IMG/VR virus record: IMGVR_UViG_3300027861_000011
Location: 64,001 to 128,000 of that record
Length of the DNA stretch: 64,000 bases
Strand: one strand, 5' to 3'
Source: a virus
Numbering within the stretch: the stretch's first letter is position 1; every line of letters starts with the position of its first letter. A program made the position numbers and the translations under genes. The notes beneath the pieces are model-generated. The model saw only the letters and a program-made list of their open reading frames with translations, ran no database searches and was not told the DNA's origin. Below are positions 1-9,112 of the stretch, in pieces.

Positions 1-525
1 GATAATGGTAATTATATTGTTAAGGTATCTGATATGAGTTCATTTATTGAGGGTAAAAATGTAATTACTGGACCACTTAATGCTCATTCAAATACATTAC
101 TTACACAAGATGGTGATGGTGACCAAGAGTTTTTTACGTTATCTGGTAAAACCACATTTGCTGGTAAAGTGAATAAGGTTGAGTGTATATTAGAAACTAT
201 TTCTGTTTCCCAGGATTCAAATGCTGGTGGAACATTATATGTTAGAGAAGATGCTACTGTAGCAAATCAGAACGCTTTTTCAGATATTTCAACAAATACT
301 TCAGTAGTGGCAGTTGCTGATGGTGATGGTGTTGGTAATACTGTGAGTGGAGGAAAGTTGTTATGGGCTGGTGGAGTTGGGAAGGAAGCTGGTGCATCAT
401 TTAATGTTCTAGATATTGGTATTAAATTAAGGCCTGGACATTCATTAACATTTAGTTTAGAGAAATTAGACTCAGCTAACGACAGAGAGAGTAACATTTC
501 TGTTGTTTGGAAAGAAGATTTTTAA
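1..525 (+). CDS. 5'-truncated hypothetical (likely virion) protein
   Basis: The frame is open from base 1 (GAT AAT GGT AAT TAT ATT GTT AAG GTA TCT GAT ATG), so the ORF-track start at 34 is probably internal. Gly/Ser/Thr-rich, beta-like composition. Confidence 0.7.
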   Translation, partial: DNGNYIVKVSDMSSFIEGKNVITGPLNAHSNTLLTQDGDGDQEFFTLSGKTTFAGKVNKVECILETISVSQDSNAGGTLYVREDATVANQNAFSDISTNTSVVAVADGDGVGNTVSGGKLLWAGGVGKEAGASFNVLDIGIKLRPGHSLTFSLEKLDSANDRESNISVVWKEDF

Positions 526-539
526 TATATGTGTGTGGT

Positions 540-680
540 TTAATTAACCTCATCACCATAGATGTCTTTTTTAATTATACATCTTTCTTTTATGAGTTTT
601 TCCACGTAGGCAAACATCTTTAACCCATTCTTTTCACAATACTCTTTTAATAGTTTATGTGTTTGTGGTGTTATTTTTAT
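540..680 (-). pseudogene. Truncated or non-ATG paralog of the 50-aa RHH-like gene at 1767-1919
   Basis: Hand translation: IKITPQTHKLLKEYCEKNGLKMFAYVEKLIKERCIIKKDIYGDEVN*. It is preceded by an in-frame TAG (681-683) and has no ATG. Missing from the ORF track. Confidence 0.65.
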
Positions 681-734
681 CTATAGTATATTAAAATAGA
701 TATATAATTTATATAATAAACCGAATTATTTAAG

Positions 735-742
735 TATTTATA
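735..742 (+). promoter_or_regulatory. Putative phage late promoter TATTTATA (patatin gene)
   Basis: The same TATTTAT(A/T) motif lies shortly upstream of about 12 structural gene starts in this window. Confidence 0.45.
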
Positions 743-759
743 AGTAGTTACTTAGGTAT

Positions 760-1770
760 ATGAATAATAAAAAAAAACGTTGTATCGTTATTTCTGGAGG
801 TGGGGCAAAGGGAGCTTTTGCTGGTGGAATAGTTGAATATCTTACTTTAGTGGAGAAACGGGATTATGATATGTATGTTTCTTCCTCCACTGGAACATTA
901 GTGCAATTACTATCATCAACTGGGGATATACAAAAATTAAAGGAGGGTTATACAACGGTCACTAATAAGGACATATGGAAGATAAATCCATTTAAAGTTA
1001 CCAACAATAAAAATGGTAAAATTAAAGCTGAGATAAATTGGTGGAGTGTTATTAAGAATTTATTACCAAGATATAGATTAAAAAAAAGTGAAGGTTTTCC
1101 TTGGGTTAATATTGTTAATACTAAGGTTTCTATTTCTTTTGGTGATTCAAGTAATCTACTTGGGTTGATTAAAAGATTTATGAGTCAAAAGGAATACCTT
1201 AGAGTTAAAGAAGAATTAAATAAAGAATTAATTGTTTGCGTTGTTAATGCAACTCTTAAGAAGGTTGAATATAAATCTTCTAACGATTGGGGTTATGATG
1301 ATTTCTGTGAATGGACACAAGCATCATGTAGTGCTTATCCATTTATGAGTCCAGTACTAAAAAATGAATATCAATATGTAGATGGTAGTATATTGGAGTC
1401 AACTCCAATTCAAGAAGCGATTAATAGAGGTGCTAAGGAAATCGATGTAATTATACTTAAAGAAGAGAACCCTAAATTCGAAGTAGAATATATAAGAAAT
1501 TTAATTCATGGTATACTTACTGAAATTGATATTATGCATAATGAGTTATCAAAGGGTTCTGTTCAAATAGCTAAATTAAAAGTTAAGGATGAGGAAATAA
1601 TACTTAATTTTTATTACACACCTAGAAAATTAACTAATAATAGTCTTGTATTTGATAAGGACATTATGACTGAGTGGTGGAAAGAAGGTTATGAATATGC
1701 TAAGACAAGGGAATTTAAATCATATAAGATAATTAAGGGTAGAAAAGCTAAGTTAATCAATAAGGTTTAG
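760..1770 (+). CDS. Patatin-like phospholipase
   Basis: Gly-rich oxyanion loop VISGGGAKGAFAGG, nucleophile elbow SSSTG (canonical GxSxG), SAYPFM, catalytic Asp in YVDGS (canonical DGG). Confidence 0.9.
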   Translation: MNNKKKRCIVISGGGAKGAFAGGIVEYLTLVEKRDYDMYVSSSTGTLVQLLSSTGDIQKLKEGYTTVTNKDIWKINPFKVTNNKNGKIKAEINWWSVIKNLLPRYRLKKSEGFPWVNIVNTKVSISFGDSSNLLGLIKRFMSQKEYLRVKEELNKELIVCVVNATLKKVEYKSSNDWGYDDFCEWTQASCSAYPFMSPVLKNEYQYVDGSILESTPIQEAINRGAKEIDVIILKEENPKFEVEYIRNLIHGILTEIDIMHNELSKGSVQIAKLKVKDEEIILNFYYTPRKLTNNSLVFDKDIMTEWWKEGYEYAKTREFKSYKIIKGRKAKLINKV

Positions 1771-1919
1771 TTATCACCATATATATCTTTAGGCTTTTTA
1801 CACTTATCTTTAATTAACTTCTCAACAAATGCAAACATCTTTAGACCATTATCTTCACAATAATCTTTTAATATTTTATGTGTTGTTGGTGTTATTTTAA
1901 GGTTTTTAGTACGTTTCAT
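1767..1919 (-). CDS. Small basic protein, ribbon-helix-helix-like DNA-binding candidate (50 aa)
   Basis: Hand translation: MKRTKNLKITPTTHKILKDYCEDNGLKMFAFVEKLIKDKCKKPKDIYGDN*. The beta-strand/helix/G/helix pattern resembles CopG/Arc. Below the ORF-track cutoff. Confidence 0.7.
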   Translation of the reverse strand: MKRTKNLKITPTTHKILKDYCEDNGLKMFAFVEKLIKDKCKKPKDIYGDN

Positions 1920-1967
1920 CACTATTTATTATATAAGTATGTCGAAAGTAAGAAAAAAATCATACTA

Positions 1968-1991
1968 ATTATGGTGTATACACACCATAAT
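1968..1991. promoter_or_regulatory. Perfect 10-bp inverted repeat, candidate operator
   Basis: ATTATGGTGT-ATAC-ACACCATAAT, between the divergent RHH-like gene and the sheath gene. Confidence 0.5.
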
Positions 1992-2015
1992 AATTTCTTT
2001 TGTATTTTTCACGCA

Positions 2016-2023
2016 TATTTATT
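2016..2023 (+). promoter_or_regulatory. Putative late promoter TATTTATT (sheath)
   Basis: Motif recurs before structural genes. Confidence 0.45.
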
Positions 2024-2065
2024 ATTAAACAAATTAAAATAATAACTTTTTAAAAAAATTAATAA

Positions 2066-4909
2066 ATGGCTGATAAAGTATTCGTGAGTCCTGGTGTGTA
2101 CACATCGGAAAATGACTTAACATTCGTAACACGTCAAGTTGGTGTAACTACACTTGGGCTTGTTGGAGAAACAACACAAGGACCAGCGTTCCAACCAATA
2201 TTCGTAAGTAATTACGATGAGTTCACATCATTCTTTGGTGGACAAAACGCAACAAAAATAAAAGATACAGGGGCACCTAAGTATGAATTACCATATATTG
2301 CTAAATCTTATCTATCACAATCAAACCAATTATACGTAAGTAGAGTTCTTGGTTTTTCTGGTTATGATGCTGGTTTATCTTGGGGTATTACGCTTGACGC
2401 TGCTTTAGATAGTTCAACAACTGGTGTAACTGGTGGAATTTCTTCTGCTTCTTTAATTGAATATACCGCAGATACCACTACTGGAGTACTTACAACTATT
2501 GTATCAAGTGACCCATTGGTTCAATCTCTTTGGGATGATGGACTACTTACAAGTGAATTAGCCTATTTAGGAACTGCTGCTACTGCTAGTACACCAACAA
2601 ATATTGGTGTTGTTTGGGATAAGACTGGTGACACATTTAGTGGTGCATCAATTTCACATTATGTAACTAATACAGGTACATTTGGTAGTTCAACAACTGG
2701 TGTTACGAGTGGTGTAACTGTTCATTATACTGGTACTGGGTATTCAGATACAGAAAATAAATTAGTTTCACTTTTAAGAAGTAGAGGTTCTTATGCTGGT
2801 GAGGAAGTAATTAACTTTGAAGTTACAGGTTCTACTGATATAGGATTTAGTTCTACATTAGTTGATGCTGAAACAAACGGTAAAGGTACTTTCGGTATTA
2901 CTGGAACATCAACTGCAAGTGGAGCATTTAGTTATTCATTATCATTTGATAAGACTAAAAAGAATTATCTTACTAGAGTACTTGGTAGATATGCTGATGA
3001 CGGTAAGACTGCATTATTCGTTGAAGAATTATTTGATGGGATGTTTGAAGATTTATACGATGCTGATAAAATTAGAGGTATAAATATTGATTCACTTATT
3101 GATTATGATAATGACTTCGATAATTATAGACAGGAATATCAACCAGCAGTAACTCCATGGGTTGTTTCTGAACTTAGAGGTACAAACCTTTTAAGACTTT
3201 TCAGACTCCATACAATTTCTGATGGTAATGCTGCTAATAGTCAATTTAAAATATCTATACAAAATATTAAAATAACAGATAAAGAATTTGATGTTGTTAT
3301 AAGGTCATACTATGATAGTGATGCTAAACCAGTTATTCTTGAGAGATTCTCAAGATGTGACATGAACCCAACATCTAAAAACTTCGTTGGTAAGAGAATC
3401 GGTACAACTTCTGGTGAATTTGCTTCTAAATCTAACTTTGTATTAGTTGAGTTGGAAGAGGAGTCAGATACTTCGGATTCGTTTCCAGCTGGATTCTTAG
3501 GATTCCCAGTTAGAGATTACCAAGCGTTTAACAATGTAACGGTACAAGACCCAACAATTGAATATAAACAAACATATGGTGAATTCGAGAACAAGCGTAA
3601 ATTCTATTTAGGTCTTTCTGCTACTAAAGGTATTGACCAGGATTTCTTTGATTATAAAGGTGTACCAGAAAATGATGAGTTAAGTATGTGGACTGGTTTA
3701 ACTAATGGTTTCCACATGGATAAAGATGCAACTGGAGCAACAATTGATAATGTTGAAATAATTATCAACAATACAGGTGGTACTTATTCTCCAATTTTCT
3801 TATTTGATGTAGGAAATGCTGAATTTAGAACTGAAGCTGATGTTCAAGGTACTGATTATGAAAAAGTTTATGCTAGAAAATTCACATTCGCACCTTATGG
3901 TGGTTATGATGGATGGGATATTTATAGAACTGAAAGAACAAATGACGATAAATACTTAATTAACGGTACTAAAGGTCAATTAGGTCTTTTGACTGGTTCA
4001 TTCTCTAATAGAGCACTTTCTAATGGTGATAATGGTATTAATTCAGATTATTATGCTTACTTAGAAGCAATTTGGACATTCCAAAATCCAGAAGCAACAA
4101 ATATTAACGTATTCGCTACTCCTGGTATTGATACATTTAATAATTCTAACTTAATAGAGGAAGCTATTGAAATGGTAGAGCAAGATAGAGCTGATTCGCT
4201 TTATATTGTAACTACACCAGATACAGATGCTTCTGGAGATGTACTTTTAGCTGAAGATGTGATTGACCAATTAGATGGTGAATTTGATTCTAACTATACA
4301 GCTACATACTGGCCTTGGATTCAAATTAATGATGCTGAGAATAATCTTTATATCTACGTTCCACCTACAAGAGATGTTGTAAGGAACATTGCACTTACAG
4401 ATAATATTTCTTTCCCATGGTTCGCAGTAGCGGGTGTGCAAAGAGGTGATGTTAATGCAATTAAAGCTAGAAAGAAACTTACACAAACTGAAAGAGATAC
4501 ACTTTACGATGGTAGAGTTAACCCAATCGCAACTTTCGCTTCAGAAGGTATTAAGATTTGGGGTAACAAAACACTTCAAGTTAAAGATACTGCTCTTAAT
4601 AGAATTAACGTTAGAAGACTTTTATTACAGTCAAGAAAACTTATTTCTGCTGTTTCTATTAGATTATTATTCGAGCAAAATGATGATATCGTAAGAAACC
4701 AATTCTTATCACTTGTTAATCCTATCTTAGATAATATTAGAAGTGAAAGAGGTCTTACAGATTTCAGAGTTGTTTTAGATAGTGACCCAGAATCAATAGA
4801 TAGAAACGAACTTTGTGGTAGAATATTCCTTAAACCAACAAGAGCGTTAGAGTTTATTTGTGTTGAGTTCAATATAATGAACACTGGAGCAAGCTTCGAT
4901 GATATTTAA
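2066..4909 (+). CDS. Contractile tail sheath protein (gp18-like)
   Basis: N-terminal SPGVYTSENDLT; C-terminal WFAVAGVQRG, GIKIWGNKTLQ, LNRINVRRLLL and GRIFLKPTRALEFI motifs of phage sheaths. Confidence 0.95.
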   Translation: MADKVFVSPGVYTSENDLTFVTRQVGVTTLGLVGETTQGPAFQPIFVSNYDEFTSFFGGQNATKIKDTGAPKYELPYIAKSYLSQSNQLYVSRVLGFSGYDAGLSWGITLDAALDSSTTGVTGGISSASLIEYTADTTTGVLTTIVSSDPLVQSLWDDGLLTSELAYLGTAATASTPTNIGVVWDKTGDTFSGASISHYVTNTGTFGSSTTGVTSGVTVHYTGTGYSDTENKLVSLLRSRGSYAGEEVINFEVTGSTDIGFSSTLVDAETNGKGTFGITGTSTASGAFSYSLSFDKTKKNYLTRVLGRYADDGKTALFVEELFDGMFEDLYDADKIRGINIDSLIDYDNDFDNYRQEYQPAVTPWVVSELRGTNLLRLFRLHTISDGNAANSQFKISIQNIKITDKEFDVVIRSYYDSDAKPVILERFSRCDMNPTSKNFVGKRIGTTSGEFASKSNFVLVELEEESDTSDSFPAGFLGFPVRDYQAFNNVTVQDPTIEYKQTYGEFENKRKFYLGLSATKGIDQDFFDYKGVPENDELSMWTGLTNGFHMDKDATGATIDNVEIIINNTGGTYSPIFLFDVGNAEFRTEADVQGTDYEKVYARKFTFAPYGGYDGWDIYRTERTNDDKYLINGTKGQLGLLTGSFSNRALSNGDNGINSDYYAYLEAIWTFQNPEATNINVFATPGIDTFNNSNLIEEAIEMVEQDRADSLYIVTTPDTDASGDVLLAEDVIDQLDGEFDSNYTATYWPWIQINDAENNLYIYVPPTRDVVRNIALTDNISFPWFAVAGVQRGDVNAIKARKKLTQTERDTLYDGRVNPIATFASEGIKIWGNKTLQVKDTALNRINVRRLLLQSRKLISAVSIRLLFEQNDDIVRNQFLSLVNPILDNIRSERGLTDFRVVLDSDPESIDRNELCGRIFLKPTRALEFICVEFNIMNTGASFDDI

Positions 4910-4934
4910 ATCGATATAACTTATAAAATCAATT

Positions 4935-4958
4935 AAGTCCCTTCTAAGGGACTTTTTT
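4935..4958 (+). terminator. Intrinsic terminator after sheath
   Basis: AAGTCCCTT-CT-AAGGGACTT followed by a T run. Confidence 0.8.
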
Positions 4959-4992
4959 GTTTTTTATGAGTATTTATATATAAACAAATAGT

Positions 4993-6105
4993 ATGGCTAA
5001 GAAACTAAAGATAAATGAGCAACAGTTAAGTGTTATCGTTGAATATATTAAAACAGGTGATGTAAAGCCTATTATAAAGGAAGAGCTATTAGAAGAGGGG
5101 AAATTAGCTAACTGGATGATGGCTGGTCTTGCTACATTAGCTAGTATGGGTGGTTCCGTACAAGCTCAAAGTGAAATAGATAATAGTGGTATTAATAATG
5201 TAGAAGCTTTAATATCGCAAGCACAAAAAGTTTCTAATGAATTAAAAAGTGATGGTGATAAGGCTAAATTATTTAGAGATGCGGCCAAAGAACTTAATAT
5301 TCAGAATATTGAAGATTTAAAACAAATAAACCCAAAAGATGATAAGATAATAAAATTATTTAAAACTAAAAATCTTAAGACTGCTGACAGTAAGGTAAAA
5401 CGAGGTGGGGTTGTAACGAGTATAGAGATTACTAGGGATACTACCTTTAGAGAGTTACCAGCACCGTTAATAGTTGATTCAACAATGGAAACTAATTTAA
5501 CTGGTAACTTATTTGTTACGGGTGCTTTTGACTTAAATGAAGATGTTGCTGAAGAATTAGCTACCTCATTAGAGGCAATTAAAATGCAAAATGGTACACT
5601 TAAAAATGTAAAGATTCATTCATCAACGGATAAAGAACCAATTAGTGATGAGTTATCAATAAGACTTGTTTCTGGTGGCTATACTGGTGATAATGAAGGT
5701 CTTTCTAAAGCTAGGAAAGATGGTATTTATAATTACTTAGTTAAAAAATTAGGAATAGATTCATCATTAATTAAATTAGATATACAATGGGAACAAGGTC
5801 CAGATGTATATTCATCATCAATGAGTAGTGCTGATAGAGCGTCAGCAAGAGATTTAGAAGGTACTAGTGAGGCTAGGGAAGTAGGTGTTACATGGGGTGC
5901 TACTTTTATAGTACAAGGTGATGACAATGATAAAGTTTATGATGTAACAGTTAGTGTATTAATTGGTATTAGTAGTGTTGAGACTCCACTTAAGGGTGGT
6001 TATAAACCAACTAAGAGTGGTAAAGGAAAAATGACAATTATGAAGATTGTTCCAGGTATGAAAAAATTGAAGTGTGATAATAAAAAATGTTTCTTCACTA
6101 ACTAA
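4993..6105 (+). CDS. Putative head-associated protein with internal signal-peptide-like segment and OmpA-C-like domain
   Basis: KLKINEQQL leader and LLEE; then hydrophobic LANWMMAGLATLASMGGSVQA-Q; then OmpA-like motifs FVTGAFDL, IHSSTD and NEGLSKAR. Confidence 0.55.
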   Translation: MAKKLKINEQQLSVIVEYIKTGDVKPIIKEELLEEGKLANWMMAGLATLASMGGSVQAQSEIDNSGINNVEALISQAQKVSNELKSDGDKAKLFRDAAKELNIQNIEDLKQINPKDDKIIKLFKTKNLKTADSKVKRGGVVTSIEITRDTTFRELPAPLIVDSTMETNLTGNLFVTGAFDLNEDVAEELATSLEAIKMQNGTLKNVKIHSSTDKEPISDELSIRLVSGGYTGDNEGLSKARKDGIYNYLVKKLGIDSSLIKLDIQWEQGPDVYSSSMSSADRASARDLEGTSEAREVGVTWGATFIVQGDDNDKVYDVTVSVLIGISSVETPLKGGYKPTKSGKGKMTIMKIVPGMKKLKCDNKKCFFTN

Positions 6106-6755
6106 TTAGCGAAATTTTGTACACACACTCCACCTACAACTGATACAGAAATGAATCTAATATTATTATTTAAAAGATTTTTTCTGTGACCTCTATTTTG
6201 TATACCAGCATCAACTAAGAGTGATAATATAAGTGGTATTGGGTCATCCTTTGTGAATGTTCCAACAGAAACTAAATTTTCAGATACATTTAGATTAAAT
6301 AATTTAAATCTATCACTAGCTCGATTACCATTATAATCATAGTGACTAATCTTATTAGTATTATATAAGTATTCTGCATGCCCTTTAGTTATTGTATACA
6401 TGTCATAGTTAAACGCTAAAGTATCTAATGGTGTTATACTGTTTAATATAATTATTAATTCTTTAGCGGCTTTAATTCGTTCTAATATTACATCTTTACC
6501 ACTTATAGTTTTTGAATTACTTGTTTTATTAGACTTAGTAACACTTCCAGATGTTGATTTAATTTTCATTTTACCAGAATTAATACGTTCAATAAAATTA
6601 TTATTAAATTTAATATATACCTCAACATGAGGTATGAATGACTTAGGATTAGACCGTAACTCATTTATTTCAGTAACCATACTTATTTCTAAGTTAGTTT
6701 GTGTGAAAGCTAAGGCTGATATAAACACTAATAAAATTACTGTTAAATTCTTCAT
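6102..6755 (-). CDS. Secreted CAP/SCP-domain protein
   Basis: EINELRSNP, HAEYL, HYDYNG, SENL, LLVDAG and GHRKNLLN motifs. The probable start is ATG at 6755 (MKNLTVILLVFISALAFT-Q signal peptide), because the ORF-track start at 6776 lies inside a promoter element. Confidence 0.85.
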   Translation of the reverse strand: MKNLTVILLVFISALAFTQTNLEISMVTEINELRSNPKSFIPHVEVYIKFNNNFIERINSGKMKIKSTSGSVTKSNKTSNSKTISGKDVILERIKAAKELIIILNSITPLDTLAFNYDMYTITKGHAEYLYNTNKISHYDYNGNRASDRFKLFNLNVSENLVSVGTFTKDDPIPLILSLLVDAGIQNRGHRKNLLNNNIRFISVSVVGGVCVQNFAN

Positions 6756-6773
6756 AAATTTATAATTATAGTA

Positions 6774-6805
6774 CAAATGTACAAAAAAGTTTTCATTATA
6801 CCAAA
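6774..6805 (-). promoter_or_regulatory. Bacteroidota primary-sigma promoter
   Basis: On the minus strand, TTTG-N20-TACATTTG matches the -33 TTTG / -7 TAnnTTTG consensus. Confidence 0.7.
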
Positions 6806-6811
6806 CATTTA

Positions 6812-8422
6812 TTACATTATTTTTTCATAAGTTATAGTACCACAATCATAAATTCTATAAATTTGTCGTTTAAGCATTATTTCATGTTCCGTTAATTTAG
6901 AGTCATAGCCATCACTAATTAGTATATCTTTTCTATATTTAAATCTATGTTCTCTCTTATTGTCAATTATGTAAAAATAATTAGGTTTTGAATTATTCAT
7001 ATACTTGAAATCTAATTTATCATATAAATTACCAGTGGACCATCTTCTGTCAGCGTAACTTATTATTCTAGTTGGGGTATATGTTTTAATAAAATATTTA
7101 AGTAATTTACTAGCACCACCTGTAACAGTTGTATTTAATTTATTACAGAACCTAATTAATTCATAATTATTATCTTTATGGTTCAACCCTAATACCTTCC
7201 TTAAATTACTAAAAGTCATTATGCTAACTAATTCATCATCGTAATATAGACCTATATTATATTTACTACCAACAGCACCTTGTATATGATTTTCATTAAG
7301 GAATATAGTTTTATCTTTTGTTTTAACTTCTTTTATCTCACATTTTCTACCATATATCCTTTCATCAGTTAACCCAAGTAAATTTTTAAGTCTTGATTTA
7401 ACTATATCTTGTTTATATAACCATTCATCTTCAAATATATGAATTAATTTAACATTAATATTATTACATAGTTCTGTTTTATTTAAATGATAACCATTAT
7501 CAACATACTTTTCAGAATGCCAATAAAGACCGTTAAACTCAATAGCTATATTTTTATCTGGAATATAAATATCTAACTCAAGAGGTGTGATAATATCTCT
7601 GGTATTACTTATTAAGTTTATACCAAGAGAGCTTATAAAATCAAAAACTTCAAGCTCACTTATAGATACCCCACTTTTTTTGGGGTGACATATCGTACAA
7701 GGGTTAGTTGTTATTTGGTATCTATGATATAGTACATTTCTGTTAATACTGTAATTATTATTACATAAACCACATTTTATTATAATATCATCTTTTATTA
7801 TATCTATTATATCTAACTCTTTATATTTTATAATAAAATCATTTTTTTTCTTATCATAACCTTTAACTCTATTCTTATTTATTAGTAATGGACTTGATAC
7901 ACCATACTTAGTAATATTAGTTTTTCGTATCTTATCCTTGACTGATGGTAATTTACTTATATGATTAATACCATGTTTATCAATAGTTTTTTCTTTGATA
8001 TATTCAGTATCCTTAAATATATTATCAACACCATATTTATTCAATGTAGTTTTCTTTATTTTATCTTTTACATCATCTGAATGTGATGGTGATACCCCAC
8101 CATATTTTTTTATATTAGTTTCCTTTACTAAATTAATATGTTTATCACTTTTATTAGTACAAGATATCGAGCAATATGTACCATAACCTTCTCTAAGTGA
8201 TTTTTTAAAGTTTAATTTAGTACCACATTCACATTGTGGTATGGAATTAATATCGTTAATATAATGCCATATTTTAACTTTAAATTGTATCGTAGATAAC
8301 TCACCATTACAGTAGTTAATAATACTATTATATAAGTTAATGTTATTATTGATAAGCCATTTTTCTCTAGTTCTATGACCAGATTTATTATCATCTATAA
8401 AATATTTTATTAAATTATTCAT
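6812..8422 (-). mobile_element. Free-standing Hef-like homing endonuclease gene
   Basis: Zn motifs (CECG...YCSISC; CGLC...CTIC), KxT(N/T)xxKYGV repeats, Vsr/DUF559-like ELDIYIPDKNIAIEFNGLYWHSE, and the C-terminal FLNENHIQG...YELIRFC...RIYDCG region. Antisense between sheath and tube. Confidence 0.85.
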
Positions 8423-8517
8423 TTTTTTATAAAGTTAGATATTTATTATTAAAGTTAGATACATTTATCTAGCAAATATAATGATAAATATTAACAAAAA
8501 CAACAAAAACAACAATT

Positions 8518-9006
8518 ATGGCTGATTTATTAATGAAAATGCCTGTTCCTTACGAACCAAAGAAGAAGAACAGATGGCTTTTAAGATTCCCAGCGGATTT
8601 AGGAATTCAAGAGTGGTGGTTAGCGTCTGCTTCAAGACCATCTATAACACAAAATGAGGTTGAGATACCTTTCCTTAACACATCTACATGGGTAATTGGT
8701 AGATTTACATGGGAATCTATTTCAGTAACATTTAGAGACCCTATTGGACCTTCTGCTGCACAAGCAATTATGGAGTGGGTTAGACTTCAATCAGAGTCAA
8801 TTACAGGAAGACAAGGTTATGCAGCTGGATATAAGAAAGATGTAGAGCTTGAAATGCTTGACCCAACTGGTGTTGTGATTGAGAAGTGGGTACTACAAGG
8901 TACAATGCTTACAAATGTTAACTTCGGTGATTTATCAATGGATGATGATGCGATAGCTGATATCACTGCTGATTTAAGATTCGATAGAGCAATATTACTA
9001 TTTTAG
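8518..9006 (+). CDS. Tail tube protein (gp19-like)
   Basis: 162 aa with EPKKKNRWLLRFP, WESISVTFRDP, WVRLQ and EKWVLQG; follows the sheath. Confidence 0.9.
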   Translation: MADLLMKMPVPYEPKKKNRWLLRFPADLGIQEWWLASASRPSITQNEVEIPFLNTSTWVIGRFTWESISVTFRDPIGPSAAQAIMEWVRLQSESITGRQGYAAGYKKDVELEMLDPTGVVIEKWVLQGTMLTNVNFGDLSMDDDAIADITADLRFDRAILLF

Positions 9007-9040
9007 TAAATATTTAATTTTAAGACACTTATTAAAATAT

Positions 9041-9112
9041 ACGGACTTAGGACCGTTATAGCTTCGGCTATTTAAAACACTCATACATATCGCTATCTAT
9101 GAGTGTTTTTTT
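9041..9112 (+). terminator. Three consecutive hairpins ending in an intrinsic terminator
   Basis: ACGG-ACTTAGGA-CCGT; ATAGC-TTCG-GCTAT; AAAACACTCATA...TATGAGTGTTTT plus T run. Confidence 0.7.

Noticed and set aside
741-754. TAAGTA-GT-TACTTA palindrome upstream of patatin
   Set aside because: Only 6-bp AT-rich arms, expected by chance at this composition.
760-1770. CBASS CapV defence operon
   Set aside because: No CD-NTase, Cap2/Cap3 or other CBASS genes are adjacent; the neighbours are tail genes.
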